This document shows, piece by piece, positions 19,631 through 28,087 of a DNA stretch of 64,000 nt. Below the pieces are notes generated by a model. That model saw only the letters and a list, made by a program, of their open reading frames with translations, had not been told where the DNA came from and did not search any database. Position 1 is the stretch's first letter. Each line of letters begins with the position of its first letter. Source of the stretch: Dehalococcoidia bacterium (GTDB taxonomy: Bacteria; Chloroflexota; Dehalococcoidia; UBA6926). A program made the translations under genes and the position numbers. The stretch lies in assembly GCA_963666115.2 (NCBI GenBank), contig CAXXET010000006.1, positions 480,001-544,000 of the forward strand, given 5' to 3'.

Positions 19631-20488
19631 CTACGACCCTGTGGCGGCGGCCACGGACTCTTGGGCGGGCTGGGAAGCAAAATGGTCGGCCAGCGCAAGC
19701 ACCAGCGGGCCCATCTTGGGATTGACCGGCTCCACGCGCGGCTCCACGCCATGCTCGCGCAGCGCCCGCGTGCAGACGGGGCCGACAGACGCGACGATGA
19801 TTCCCGATGACAGCGCCTCACGAAGCTCGTCGGCAAGACCAACCTGCTCTGCGATGCGGAAGAGGTTGTGCGCCTGCGACTGCGTGGTCAGCATCACCGC
19901 GTCCACGTCCTGCGCGAGCATAAGCGCGATCGCGTCGACGACGGGCCGCGTATCCTCCGGCAGTTGCCAGGAGTACAGCGATACTTCAAGGACGTCCGCG
20001 CCCAGTGCCTGGAGCTCCCCGCGCAGCCACGCGTTCACCTCGCCATAGTGTTGGAGGGAGACGCGCTTGCCGCTCAGATCGATGTCAGATTCCTTGAGCG
20101 CCGCCAGCAGGTCCTCGGACGTGTATGGCGACGGCGAGACGAGCGCTATCGGCACATTGAGCGGCTTGAGGACCGCCACGGGCTTCGGGCCGCGGCAGAT
20201 GACGGTCGTTTCGCGCAAGGCGCCCAGGAACTCATCCTTGCGGCCAAGTTGATCCGCTGCGTTGATGAGGGCGCGCGCGCCAACTCCCGTGAGGAAGACC
20301 GCTGCCTGAATCGTGTAGGCGCAGATGCCGTCGATAACATCACGCACATCCTGCTGCATGGGGAGCGCCGCCTCGCGCAGAGCAGGGGCGCTGATGGCCT
20401 CTCCGCCGTGGCGGGCCACAAGGTTGCCGAGTTCAGAGGGCATTCGCGCCTCAAGGACCACGATTCGCCGTCCCTTAAGGTCCGCCAC
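19631..20488 (-). CDS. hemD: Stand-alone uroporphyrinogen-III synthase-family protein
   Basis: FLTGVG, CRGPKP, LYSW and SVGPVC motifs. Confidence 0.8.
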   Translation of the reverse strand: MADLKGRRIVVLEARMPSELGNLVARHGGEAISAPALREAALPMQQDVRDVIDGICAYTIQAAVFLTGVGARALINAADQLGRKDEFLGALRETTVICRGPKPVAVLKPLNVPIALVSPSPYTSEDLLAALKESDIDLSGKRVSLQHYGEVNAWLRGELQALGADVLEVSLYSWQLPEDTRPVVDAIALMLAQDVDAVMLTTQSQAHNLFRIAEQVGLADELREALSSGIIVASVGPVCTRALREHGVEPRVEPVNPKMGPLVLALADHFASQPAQESVAAATGS

Positions 20489-20543
20489 GTCCGCCCCTCT
20501 TTCTCAGTCGATTCCGATCACTCAGTGGTTTGCGTGGTTGACT

Positions 20544-22346
20544 CTACGTCGCGCACTCGCCCTCGCCGCGCTCCATGACGTACAGCACGGACTTGTCGTA
20601 GTCGATGTAGTGGTCGAGGTTCGCCTTGTTGAGCGGCCCGACGTCCTGGTACTCCTTGATGATGTCCTCGAACGGCTCACGTCCCAGCCGGTGGGCGAAG
20701 TCCTTGAACAACTCGCCGTCCTCGCGGTTGTCCTTGTAGTAGCGGAGGAGATGGAACACGGCCTCCGTAACCTTCTTGGCGGGAATCTTGCCGCGCGGGC
20801 GAACGCCGAAGCGCATGTCCGCGTTCTCATGGCTGCCGCCCAGGAAGACCTCATAGGCGGGAATCTGTCCGCCGCCGGGCCCCTTGATGAACGCGCCGTG
20901 GAAGCCGATGTCGGACACGTGGTGGCGTCCGCAGCCGTTGGGGCATCCGCTCATCTTGATGTGCATTTGGTTGATGAGGGGGTCCTCCAGCAGGCCCGTG
21001 TGGCCGTTCGGATTGCGGACGGCGTCCGCGACGGCCTTGTTGAGGCCCATGGAGGACGTAATGCCGAGCTTGCAGCTGTCCGTGCCGGGGCAGGACGTCA
21101 CGTCCGTGATCCGGTTCATGCCGCCCTCGTGCAGGTCAAGCGCGACAAGCTCTTGGTAAACGTCGTAGAGGTAGGCGTTGGGCGTCCAGCGGAGCATGAG
21201 GTTCTGCTCCGGCGTGGTGCGGAGGCGGTAGCTGGCGTACTTGCGGGAGATCTCCGCGGTGCCGTAGAACTGCTCCGGTGAGAGGTCGCCGCGCGTGATG
21301 GTGACGCCGACGTGGCTGTAGCCCTCTGCCTCCTGCGGGATCACGTTCGTCTTTTTCCACGCCTGGAACGCCGCGTCGTCCTCGCCGCGCGGCTCGACGC
21401 CGGTTGGCAGGGCGGGGATGTCGGCTTCCTCGTCATCGTGGAAGAGCAGGTAGTCCTTGTCCTCGTAGTCTTGCGCCCAGTCCTGCTGCAACTCTTCTTC
21501 CACCTGCTCGCGGAATGAGTCGATGCCCTCGGTGTGAATGAGAACCTTGATGCGCGCCTTCATCTTGTTGCGGCGCAGCCACGCGGTGCGGTTGAACACG
21601 CGCAGCATGGCTTCGGACACGCGCAGGAACTCATCGACGGGCACGAACTCATAGATCGTCTCCGCGATCAGCGGCTGGATGGACGTGCCGCCGCCGACGG
21701 TGATCTTGAAGCCCTTGACTTCCTTGCCGTCGATCTCGCGGACACGGGCGACGAAGCCGATGTCATGCATCCCGACGGACGCGCAGTCATTGTCGTTGCA
21801 GGAGAACGCGGGCTTGACCTTGCGCGGCATGTGGAACGTGAAATCGCGCCGCACGAAATTGCGGGCAAACGCGCCCATGTAGGGCAGGATGTCAAATGCC
21901 TGGTCGGGGCAGATGCCGGCCATGGGGCAGCAGGTGATGTTGCGGACGGAGTTGCCGCACGCCTCCTTGGTGCTGAGGCCGACGCTCTGCAGCAAGTGCA
22001 TGGCCAGCGCGGCGTCCTCCAGCTTGAGGTGGTGGAGTTGGACGTTCTCGCGCGTCGTGACGTGTCCCTTGCGGAGCGGCGCCCACTTCTCGGCGATCTG
22101 GCCGATGGCGTCCCATTGGTCGGCGTGGACAAGCCCGCCGGGGATTTTGATGCGGAACATCTGGGAATCCGGCTGCCGTTGGCCGTAGACGCCGAGCCGG
22201 AGCCGGAAGGACATGAACTCGTCCTCCGGGATTTCTCCCGCGCGAAACTCCGTGACCTTGCCTTCGTAGTCGGCGATCTCCTCATCCAGGTATTGGATGA
22301 TGGAGGGTCGGGCGGAACGTTGTCCCGTCTTGGTTGTCGTAACCAC
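20544..22346 (-). CDS. sir: Siroheme/[4Fe-4S] sulfite reductase, ferredoxin-type
   Basis: HVTTRENVQ, CGNSVRN, MPRKVK, SCPGTDSCKLG and SGCPNGC motifs; strong SD GGAGGGAGG before GTG. Confidence 0.9.
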   Translation of the reverse strand: MVTTTKTGQRSARPSIIQYLDEEIADYEGKVTEFRAGEIPEDEFMSFRLRLGVYGQRQPDSQMFRIKIPGGLVHADQWDAIGQIAEKWAPLRKGHVTTRENVQLHHLKLEDAALAMHLLQSVGLSTKEACGNSVRNITCCPMAGICPDQAFDILPYMGAFARNFVRRDFTFHMPRKVKPAFSCNDNDCASVGMHDIGFVARVREIDGKEVKGFKITVGGGTSIQPLIAETIYEFVPVDEFLRVSEAMLRVFNRTAWLRRNKMKARIKVLIHTEGIDSFREQVEEELQQDWAQDYEDKDYLLFHDDEEADIPALPTGVEPRGEDDAAFQAWKKTNVIPQEAEGYSHVGVTITRGDLSPEQFYGTAEISRKYASYRLRTTPEQNLMLRWTPNAYLYDVYQELVALDLHEGGMNRITDVTSCPGTDSCKLGITSSMGLNKAVADAVRNPNGHTGLLEDPLINQMHIKMSGCPNGCGRHHVSDIGFHGAFIKGPGGGQIPAYEVFLGGSHENADMRFGVRPRGKIPAKKVTEAVFHLLRYYKDNREDGELFKDFAHRLGREPFEDIIKEYQDVGPLNKANLDHYIDYDKSVLYVMERGEGECAT

Positions 22347-22401
22347 GTTATCCTCCCTCCGGATAGTACCTACAGGGTACGCCGCCAGCACTACAATCTC
22401 A

Positions 22402-22472
22402 AATCACCCGTCATTCCCGCAATCACCCGTCATTCCCGCAATCGCCCGTCATTCCCGCGAAAGCGGGAATCT
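22402..22472 (+). repeat. CGTC-type REP-like palindrome with triplicated 19-bp left arm
   Basis: AATC(A/G)CCCGTCATTCCCGC x3 then GAAAGCGGGAATCT; hairpin ATTCCCGC-GAAA-GCGGGAAT. Confidence 0.85.
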
Positions 22473-22490
22473 AGGACTCCATTTCGCAGC

Positions 22491-23702
22491 CTAACCCCTC
22501 GCGGCCTCGATGAGAATCTTCGCCACCTCGGGCCGCGTGAACTCCTTCGGAGGAACCTCGCCGCGCGCGAGCATGTCCCGCACCTGCGTGCCGCTCAGGA
22601 AAATCTTCTCTTCAGGCCCGCACGGGCACGTCTTCATGGAGGCCATGCCGTCGCACCGCTTGCAGTAGAAGGAGTGGTCGAAGTAGAGCGGCGTGATGCC
22701 GAGATCGGCGGAGGGGATGCTGCGGAGCAGGTCCTGCGCATCGTACGTGCCGTAGTAGTTCCCGACGCCCGCGTGGTCGCGGCCCACGATGAAATGCGTG
22801 CAGCCGTAGTTCTTGCGAACGAGGGCGTGGAAAACGGCCTCGCGCGGGCCCGCGTACCGCATGGCGGCGGGCAGCACGGTCAGATGCACCCGATCCTCCG
22901 GGAAGTAACCCTCTATCAGGACTTCGTAGCACCGCATGCGGACGTCCGCGGGGATGTCATCCGGCTTGGTCTCACCGACCAATGGGTGGAGGAGCAGGCC
23001 GTCGACGATCTCCAGCGCCGCCTTTTGGATGTACTCGTGCGCGCGGTGGACGGGGTTGCGCGTCTGGAATCCCACGACGGTGCGCCAGTGCCGCTCCGCG
23101 AACGCCGCGCGCGTCTGCGCCGGGTCCTCGCGGTAGGGGCGGAGTTCGGCTTCCAGGTTCTCGCGCTCGATCACCGTGACCGAGCCTCCGATGAGCATGT
23201 CATGTTGACTGTAGACGGATGCGACGCCGGGATGCGCCTCCTCCGTCGTCCTGAAGACGTTCTGCGCCTCAACTTCCTTGTCGTACTCGTAAACCTCATC
23301 AACGGACAGGACGGCGAGGTGCCTGCCGGTGTTGTCCACCAGCACGACCTCCTGCCCCTGGTTGAGCCCGCGCGCGGTGTCCGCGGGGGCGGAGAGGGTG
23401 ATGGGCAGGCTCCAGAGCGTGCCGTCCGAGAGACGCATCTCATGCACCGTGCGCTCGTAGTCCGCCTTGCCCATGAAACCCGTCAGCGGGCTCATTGCGC
23501 CGACGGCGATGAGGTCAAGGTCTGCCGTTTCGCGCGCGCTCAGGGTGATGTGGGTCAACTCCGGCGCGCGCTCGCGTATTTCGGTTGCCTGGTCCGGGGA
23601 CGCGAACCGGTCGACCAGTGTCCCGCCGTGCGGGGCGATGGTCTCCTCGATGTCCGCGTGGGGCGAGGTCGTGTGGCGTGATGGCTGCGTAGACGTTGTC
23701 AT
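22491..23702 (-). CDS. sat: Sulfate adenylyltransferase
   Basis: PHGGTLV, SPLTGFM, FQTRNPVHRAHEY, MRYAGPREA and HFIVGRDHAG motifs. Confidence 0.96.
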   Translation of the reverse strand: MTTSTQPSRHTTSPHADIEETIAPHGGTLVDRFASPDQATEIRERAPELTHITLSARETADLDLIAVGAMSPLTGFMGKADYERTVHEMRLSDGTLWSLPITLSAPADTARGLNQGQEVVLVDNTGRHLAVLSVDEVYEYDKEVEAQNVFRTTEEAHPGVASVYSQHDMLIGGSVTVIERENLEAELRPYREDPAQTRAAFAERHWRTVVGFQTRNPVHRAHEYIQKAALEIVDGLLLHPLVGETKPDDIPADVRMRCYEVLIEGYFPEDRVHLTVLPAAMRYAGPREAVFHALVRKNYGCTHFIVGRDHAGVGNYYGTYDAQDLLRSIPSADLGITPLYFDHSFYCKRCDGMASMKTCPCGPEEKIFLSGTQVRDMLARGEVPPKEFTRPEVAKILIEAARG

Positions 23703-23705
23703 GAT

Positions 23706-24278
23706 CTAGGTTGCCGCCCCCGCCAGCTCTTTGCCCGCGCCGGAGGGGATGATGCCCCGCTGCTCCAGCGCGTCCAGCACCTTGCCGAGGCTCTCTTCGA
23801 CCTCTTCCTGCTCCGTGTCGACGAGAACCTCGGGGGTCAGCGGCTCCTCGTAGGGATCGGAAACGCCGGTGAAGTTCTGGATCTCGCCCTTGAGCGCCTT
23901 TTCGTAGAGGCCCTTGACGTCGCGCCTGACAAGCTCATCGAGCGAGGCGTGAACGTGGACTTCAATGAAATCGCCGATCTGCTCGCGCACCTCATCGCGC
24001 ACTTCGCGGTAGGGGGAGATGGCGGACACGATACTGACGACGCCGTTGCGGGTCAGCAGGTCGCTGACGAACCCGATGCGGCGGATGTTGGTGTCACGGT
24101 CTTCCTTGCTGAATCCGAGCCCCTTGCTGAGGTTCGTGCGAACGACGTCGCCGTCCAGCAGTTCGGACTTGACGCCATGGTCGCGCAGAACGGCCAAAAG
24201 GCGCTCCGCGATGGTGCTCTTGCCGGCGCCCGAAAGGCCGGTGAACCAAACTGTCACTCCCTGGTGGTTGGTGGTCAC
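23706..24278 (-). CDS. cysC: Adenylyl-sulfate kinase
   Basis: [26 protein letters not shown] and FTGVSDPYE motifs; SD GAGGAGG before GTG. Confidence 0.95.
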   Translation of the reverse strand: MTTNHQGVTVWFTGLSGAGKSTIAERLLAVLRDHGVKSELLDGDVVRTNLSKGLGFSKEDRDTNIRRIGFVSDLLTRNGVVSIVSAISPYREVRDEVREQIGDFIEVHVHASLDELVRRDVKGLYEKALKGEIQNFTGVSDPYEEPLTPEVLVDTEQEEVEESLGKVLDALEQRGIIPSGAGKELAGAAT

Positions 24279-24301
24279 TCTCCAATTCCTCCTCTTATTC
24301 C

Positions 24302-25057
24302 TTACGCCGTCGTTGAAACAACCTTGCCCGTCTCCGGGTCGATGTGAATGCCGCATTCGACCTTGTCCTCGAAATCGGACCAGCGGCCCGCCCGCGGGTC
24401 CTCCCCCGGCGCAACCGCCCGCGTGCAATTGGTGCAGCCGATGCTGGGATAGCCGCGGTCGTGCAGGTCGTTGTACGGGATGTTGTTCTCGCGGATGTAG
24501 TTCCAAACATCGTCCTCGGTCCAGTTGGCGAGCGGGTTGACCTTGATGAGGTCGAACTTGGAGTCCCACGCGACGATGGCGACGTCCTTGCGCGTATCGC
24601 CCTGGTCGCGGCGGAGTCCGGCGATCCATGCCTTCTGGCCGGCGAGCGCGCGTTGGTTCGGCTCAACCTTGCGGATTTCGCAGCAGAGATCGGGATCGAC
24701 TTTCCACAACTCCGGCCCGTGCAGTTCGGCCTGCCGCGCAACGGACACGTCCGTCTTGAACCCGATCGGGTGGATGCCGTAGCGGCGGGCGGTCTTGTCC
24801 TTGAGGTTGTGCGTCTCCGGGAACAGGAAGTCCGTGTCCACGTAGAACACGGGCACGTCCGGGTTGATGTTCATGGCCATGTCGAGCAGGACCATGCCGG
24901 ACACGCCGCCGAAGCTGCAGGCGAGCGTGATGTCCGGGAAGAAGTTTTCGATTGCCCAGCGGACGATCTCTCGCGGGTGGGCGTTCTCAAGCTGCGCGCT
25001 GACTTCCGCCAGCCGCTCCTCCGTCCATTCCGTCCGAATCGCTTCCAAGGTTGCCAT
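24302..25057 (-). CDS. cysH: APS/PAPS reductase (Fe-S type with CC and CxxC)
   Basis: [36 protein letters not shown] and ECGIH motifs. Confidence 0.93.
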   Translation of the reverse strand: MATLEAIRTEWTEERLAEVSAQLENAHPREIVRWAIENFFPDITLACSFGGVSGMVLLDMAMNINPDVPVFYVDTDFLFPETHNLKDKTARRYGIHPIGFKTDVSVARQAELHGPELWKVDPDLCCEIRKVEPNQRALAGQKAWIAGLRRDQGDTRKDVAIVAWDSKFDLIKVNPLANWTEDDVWNYIRENNIPYNDLHDRGYPSIGCTNCTRAVAPGEDPRAGRWSDFEDKVECGIHIDPETGKVVSTTA

Positions 25058-25120
25058 GTGCTTTGGTTCCCCCTCGATACCCCGTGTGCCTGCGAGTTGT
25101 GTTCGTTCTGTCGTTCAGAG

Positions 25121-25155
25121 ATAAGAAAACCGCCCCGTTGCTTGGTGGGGCGGTT
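25121..25155 (-). terminator. Intrinsic terminator inside the cys operon leader (attenuator)
   Basis: Minus strand AACCGCCCC-accaagcaac-GGGGCGGTT followed by TTCTTAT, about 64 nt upstream of the cysH ATG. Confidence 0.75.
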
Positions 25156-25214
25156 GATGCGCTTATGACTGCGTCGTGGAGTCTGCGCGCTCGTGTCCGT
25201 GAGGCCTGCTGCGT

Positions 25215-25325
25215 CTAGCGCGCGGCCTCCCGCCCCGGGACGGGCATGTAACACGAGCAGGTCACTGCGGCGCTCAGCGCCACCGCGACTACTGAAGGAC
25301 TGTGTGTATGGGCGTAGGTATTCAT
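25215..25325 (-). CDS. Putative Cys/Met leader peptide (36 aa), not in ORF track
   Basis: MNTYAHTHSPSVVAVALSAAVTCSCYMPVPGREAAR*, between the promoter and the leader terminator. Confidence 0.6.
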   Translation of the reverse strand: MNTYAHTHSPSVVAVALSAAVTCSCYMPVPGREAAR

Positions 25326-25349
25326 CGTTCGCACGATTTGCTTATGGGA

Positions 25350-25378
25350 ACTATAAGCGGATGGCAATTGAGTGTCAA
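25350..25378 (-). promoter_or_regulatory. Sigma70 promoter of the cys/siroheme operon
   Basis: TTGACA-N17-TATAGT on minus strand. Confidence 0.8.
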
Positions 25379-25410
25379 TAGGCTTGTGACGCCTGTCACG
25401 AACCCCACCC

Positions 25411-26118
25411 CTACATATCCGGCTCGCTCACGTTCGCCCGCATGGCCTCCGCCTCCTCCAGGAGCCGCGCAAACAGCGGCCAGATGTCCTCATCGGTTGG
25501 GTCCATTGTTGAGATGGACATCACGCGGTGCAGCACCCCGCTGCTCACCCCCACAGTCTCGGCCCCGCCGGCGTCCGGCAGCGCGACGCCCAGCGCCCGC
25601 GCCACAAGCTCCGCCTGAGTAAGCCCCTTCTCGTCGTTGGGGCAGATCACCATTGCGCTGCCCTCGTGGAGGAGGGTTGTTTCGGCCTCGGTGCGAGACA
25701 GGGTTACCTCGATGAGGCGTTGGGGGCGGGCGAGGAGTTTCTCGGCGTAGTCCCAGGCTTTCTCGGTGTAGGGGGTGGTTTTGTCGAGCAGGAGGCAGGG
25801 TTCGCCGGTTTGGGCGGGGTCGTCCAGGCTCCATTCGCCGTCGGAGTCGAGCGGCCGGGTGCGGATGCCGTCGTCGCCGCCGAAGATCAGCAACGCGTGC
25901 CCCTCGCCGGAGTCCTCGACGATGGCGGCGTAGGCGGGGCAGGGGCCGTCCTCGCTCCAGCCGGTGACGTCAACCATGGCGAGTTCGCCGCGGATGCCCG
26001 GCGCCTCGACGCTGACGACCTCCTTCGGTTCCTCAACCACGCTGAACACGCGGTGCAGCGAGTAGTCGCAGTTATTCCCCGCCTCTACCTCAACCTCAAT
26101 AAACCTGGCCTTCGCCAC
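25411..26118 (-). CDS. Hypothetical acidic protein
   Basis: 235-aa ORF with SD AAGGAG before GTG; no recognised motif. Confidence 0.7.
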   Translation of the reverse strand: MAKARFIEVEVEAGNNCDYSLHRVFSVVEEPKEVVSVEAPGIRGELAMVDVTGWSEDGPCPAYAAIVEDSGEGHALLIFGGDDGIRTRPLDSDGEWSLDDPAQTGEPCLLLDKTTPYTEKAWDYAEKLLARPQRLIEVTLSRTEAETTLLHEGSAMVICPNDEKGLTQAELVARALGVALPDAGGAETVGVSSGVLHRVMSISTMDPTDEDIWPLFARLLEEAEAMRANVSEPDM

Positions 26119-26132
26119 GGAAACTCCTTGTT

Positions 26133-26167
26133 CGCGTTCACCCTGAGCTTGTCGAAGGGCGAATGCG
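26133..26167 (+). repeat. REP-like family A copy (TCACCCTGAGC..GTCGAAGGG)
   Basis: CGCGTTCACCCTGAGCTTGTCGAAGGGCGAATGCG; matches copies at 26595, 40988, 41436 and 54021. Confidence 0.8.
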
Positions 26168-26174
26168 TAACGAT

Positions 26175-26537
26175 TGGTGGAGGCGGGGGGGAGTTGAACC
26201 CCCCGTCCAAAGGCGGCTCCGGATGCGGCGCTACAGGCTTAGTCGGTCTTTGGTTTCTCGCCGCTCGCGGCCCCGGCCGACAGGAATCGCGAGCAGCCAG
26301 CCGGCGATGGTCTTTCGCTGCGCGTCACCGGCTGACGCGCAGCGGCGCCCCGCTAAAATGTCGCTCCAAAACCGTCCGCAGGGGTAACGACCCGGAACGT
26401 CGCTGCCTAGTGTTTAGGCTGCGAGTGCGAGCTGATTGTCGTTGCCAGCTACTCTTTGTGCCGCGGGATTAACGAGGTCACGGCGCCTCGGCCTGCTCAC
26501 GCACCCTCGCAGACCCCTGTCGAATCCGCGCGCCCCC
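26175..26537 (-). ncRNA. ssrA: tmRNA, tag (A)GNDNQLALAA
   Basis: 5' GGGGGCGCGCGGATTCGACAGGGG; 3' GGTTCAACTCCCCCCCGCCTCCACCA; tag ORF GGC AAC GAC AAT CAG CTC GCA CTC GCA GCC TAA; adjacent to smpB. Confidence 0.95.
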
Positions 26538-26594
26538 ACAATGGGTTGGTGCAATGCGGCCACTCCCTGCGTCGCAGCCGCGTTCACTAGTATA

Positions 26595-26629
26595 CCCGTT
26601 CACCCTGAGCCAGTCGAAGGGTGAACGGG
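26595..26629 (+). repeat. REP-like family A copy (complete hairpin)
   Basis: CCCGTTCACCCT-GAGCCAGTCGA-AGGGTGAACGGG. Confidence 0.85.
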
Positions 26630-26633
26630 GGGA

Positions 26634-27146
26634 TTACCGCCGGGAGGCCAGCGCGCGCGCCATCTCGAGGTCTGCGTCTCGTTTGGCGAGGACCTGGCGC
26701 TTATCAAAGGATTTGCGCCCGCGCGCGAGGCCGAGTTGGAGCTTGGCGCGGTGCCGCGTGATGTAGAGCCGCAGCGGGATGAGAGTGTAGCCGCTGGACG
26801 TGACACGCCGGCTGAGGTCCTCGATCTGGCGGCGGCGCAGCAGGAGCTTGCGCGGGCGCGTCGGCTCATGGTTGTAGATGTTGCCTTGGGCGTACGGGGG
26901 GATGTGCATGCCGTGTATCCACACTTCGCCGTCCGTCACGCGGGCGAACGAGTGCGCGAGTGTGACGCGGCCGGCCCGTATGGACTTGATCTCCGTGCCG
27001 GTGAGGACGATGCCCGCCTCCATGCTCTCCAGGATGTCGTAGTCGAAACGGGCGCGGCGGTTGTCGGACACGAGTCGATCCCCGCCGGCGGCCTTTTCAG
27101 CCGCTGCGGGCTTTGCCCCATTCCGTCGAGCCTTTGACTTCGCCAT
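26634..27146 (-). CDS. smpB: SsrA-binding protein
   Basis: NRRARFDY, EAGIVLTGTEIKSIR, RPRKLLL and GRKSFDKR motifs. Confidence 0.97.
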   Translation of the reverse strand: MAKSKARRNGAKPAAAEKAAGGDRLVSDNRRARFDYDILESMEAGIVLTGTEIKSIRAGRVTLAHSFARVTDGEVWIHGMHIPPYAQGNIYNHEPTRPRKLLLRRRQIEDLSRRVTSSGYTLIPLRLYITRHRAKLQLGLARGRKSFDKRQVLAKRDADLEMARALASRR

Positions 27147-27335
27147 CGTCCCTCCATTATAGGAATCTCATTTTTGGCCAACTTGTGGAAAACTGCCGGC
27201 CTGAGCCGCGTCTTTTGCGTCAATTCGCGGCAGAATACCGACAGAGATTCGCAAAATCTCCGTCCGGCCCTATCTGAGAGGACGCTTGGCAAGGCTTGAC
27301 AGGACGGCATCATCGGTCAAAAATGCTTTGCATTG

Positions 27336-27382
27336 CCTCCCACATATGCGGTTTATCCGGGCCAAATACGGCCATATGGTGA
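27336..27382. promoter_or_regulatory. Possible degenerate tandem NrdR boxes
   Basis: Two CATATG-centred sites (CCCACATATGCGG and GGCCATATGGTG) 30 bp apart, downstream of TTGACA at 27296; weak match to the NrdR consensus. Confidence 0.3.
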
Positions 27383-27457
27383 GGGGGGGCGGCTTCATTT
27401 GGGGAGTGAGGAGAGAGCGGGAGCGGGCGCCTCATCAGGGCGCGGCGGGACTGAGAG

Positions 27458-27991
27458 ATGCGGTGCGAGCTCTGCGGGAGCGACGATACAAAGGTCCTGG
27501 ACACCCGCCACGACGAACAGGGCGTGCGGCGGAGGCGCGAATGCAAGCAATGCGGGGCGCGGTTCAGCACGGTGGAGCGGTTGCTCACCACCTCGCTGTC
27601 CGTCGTGAAGCGAGATGGGCGCACAGAGGAGTTCAACCGGAACAAGCTCACGGCGGCGATCCGTATCGCCTGCGCCAAGCGGCCCATCCCCACAGGCGCA
27701 ATTGAGAAGCTGGTCGATGAAATCGAGGATGACCTTCAGAAGCGGGGGCGAGCAGAAGTGAGCGCGAACTTGGTCGGCGAGTTGGCGATGGATCGGCTGA
27801 GCAAGACTGATCGCGTTGCCTATATCCGGTTCGCGTCCGTGTATAAGGACTTCACGGATGAGGATGACTTCCAACGAGCCGTTGAGAGCCTGCGCGACGG
27901 CACGGTATTGACGACGAGCGGGCAGATGGCGCTGATGCCGCCGGAACGTTCCGGCGGACGGCCACGGGGGCGACCCCGTAAGAGAGCATGA
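27458..27991 (+). CDS. nrdR: Transcriptional repressor NrdR
   Basis: CELCG..VLDTR..RRRRECKQCGARFST, VVKRDG ATP cone and VAYIRFASVY motifs. Confidence 0.96.
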   Translation: MRCELCGSDDTKVLDTRHDEQGVRRRRECKQCGARFSTVERLLTTSLSVVKRDGRTEEFNRNKLTAAIRIACAKRPIPTGAIEKLVDEIEDDLQKRGRAEVSANLVGELAMDRLSKTDRVAYIRFASVYKDFTDEDDFQRAVESLRDGTVLTTSGQMALMPPERSGGRPRGRPRKRA

Positions 27992-28087
27992 ACGGGCGGT
28001 GAACACGAATGACCACGCCGCCCTCGTGGGCGCTCGCTGAGCGATTGAACTGAAACAGGGACAGCAACGGAAACCAGGGATTTATCA

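Noticed and set aside
22402-22472. CRISPR array
   Set aside because: Repeats are directly tandem with no unique spacers, and no cas genes are present
21534-23681. Long + strand ORF (715 aa); likewise 8111..9664, 31908..33503, 38964..40391 and 49817..51076
   Set aside because: Antisense shadows of well-supported genes, expected at high GC; no motifs of their own
20544-25057. Dissimilatory sulfur metabolism
   Set aside because: The set cysH, cysC and monomeric siroheme reductase is assimilatory; no aprAB or dsrAB
24871-25254. 127-aa ORF in the cys leader
   Set aside because: Overlaps cysH out of frame, runs through the terminator, and has no recognisable content
25058-25345. SAM-I riboswitch or T-box upstream of cysH
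   Set aside because: No SAM-I core (ATC.AGAG...GAGGGA..GGCCC) and no T-box GGTGG.ACC motif seen; a leader ORF plus terminator explains the region better
27147-28087. Cobalamin riboswitch for nrdJ
   Set aside because: No B12-box (GCCACTG...GGGAAG) pattern found upstream of nrdR or nrdJ
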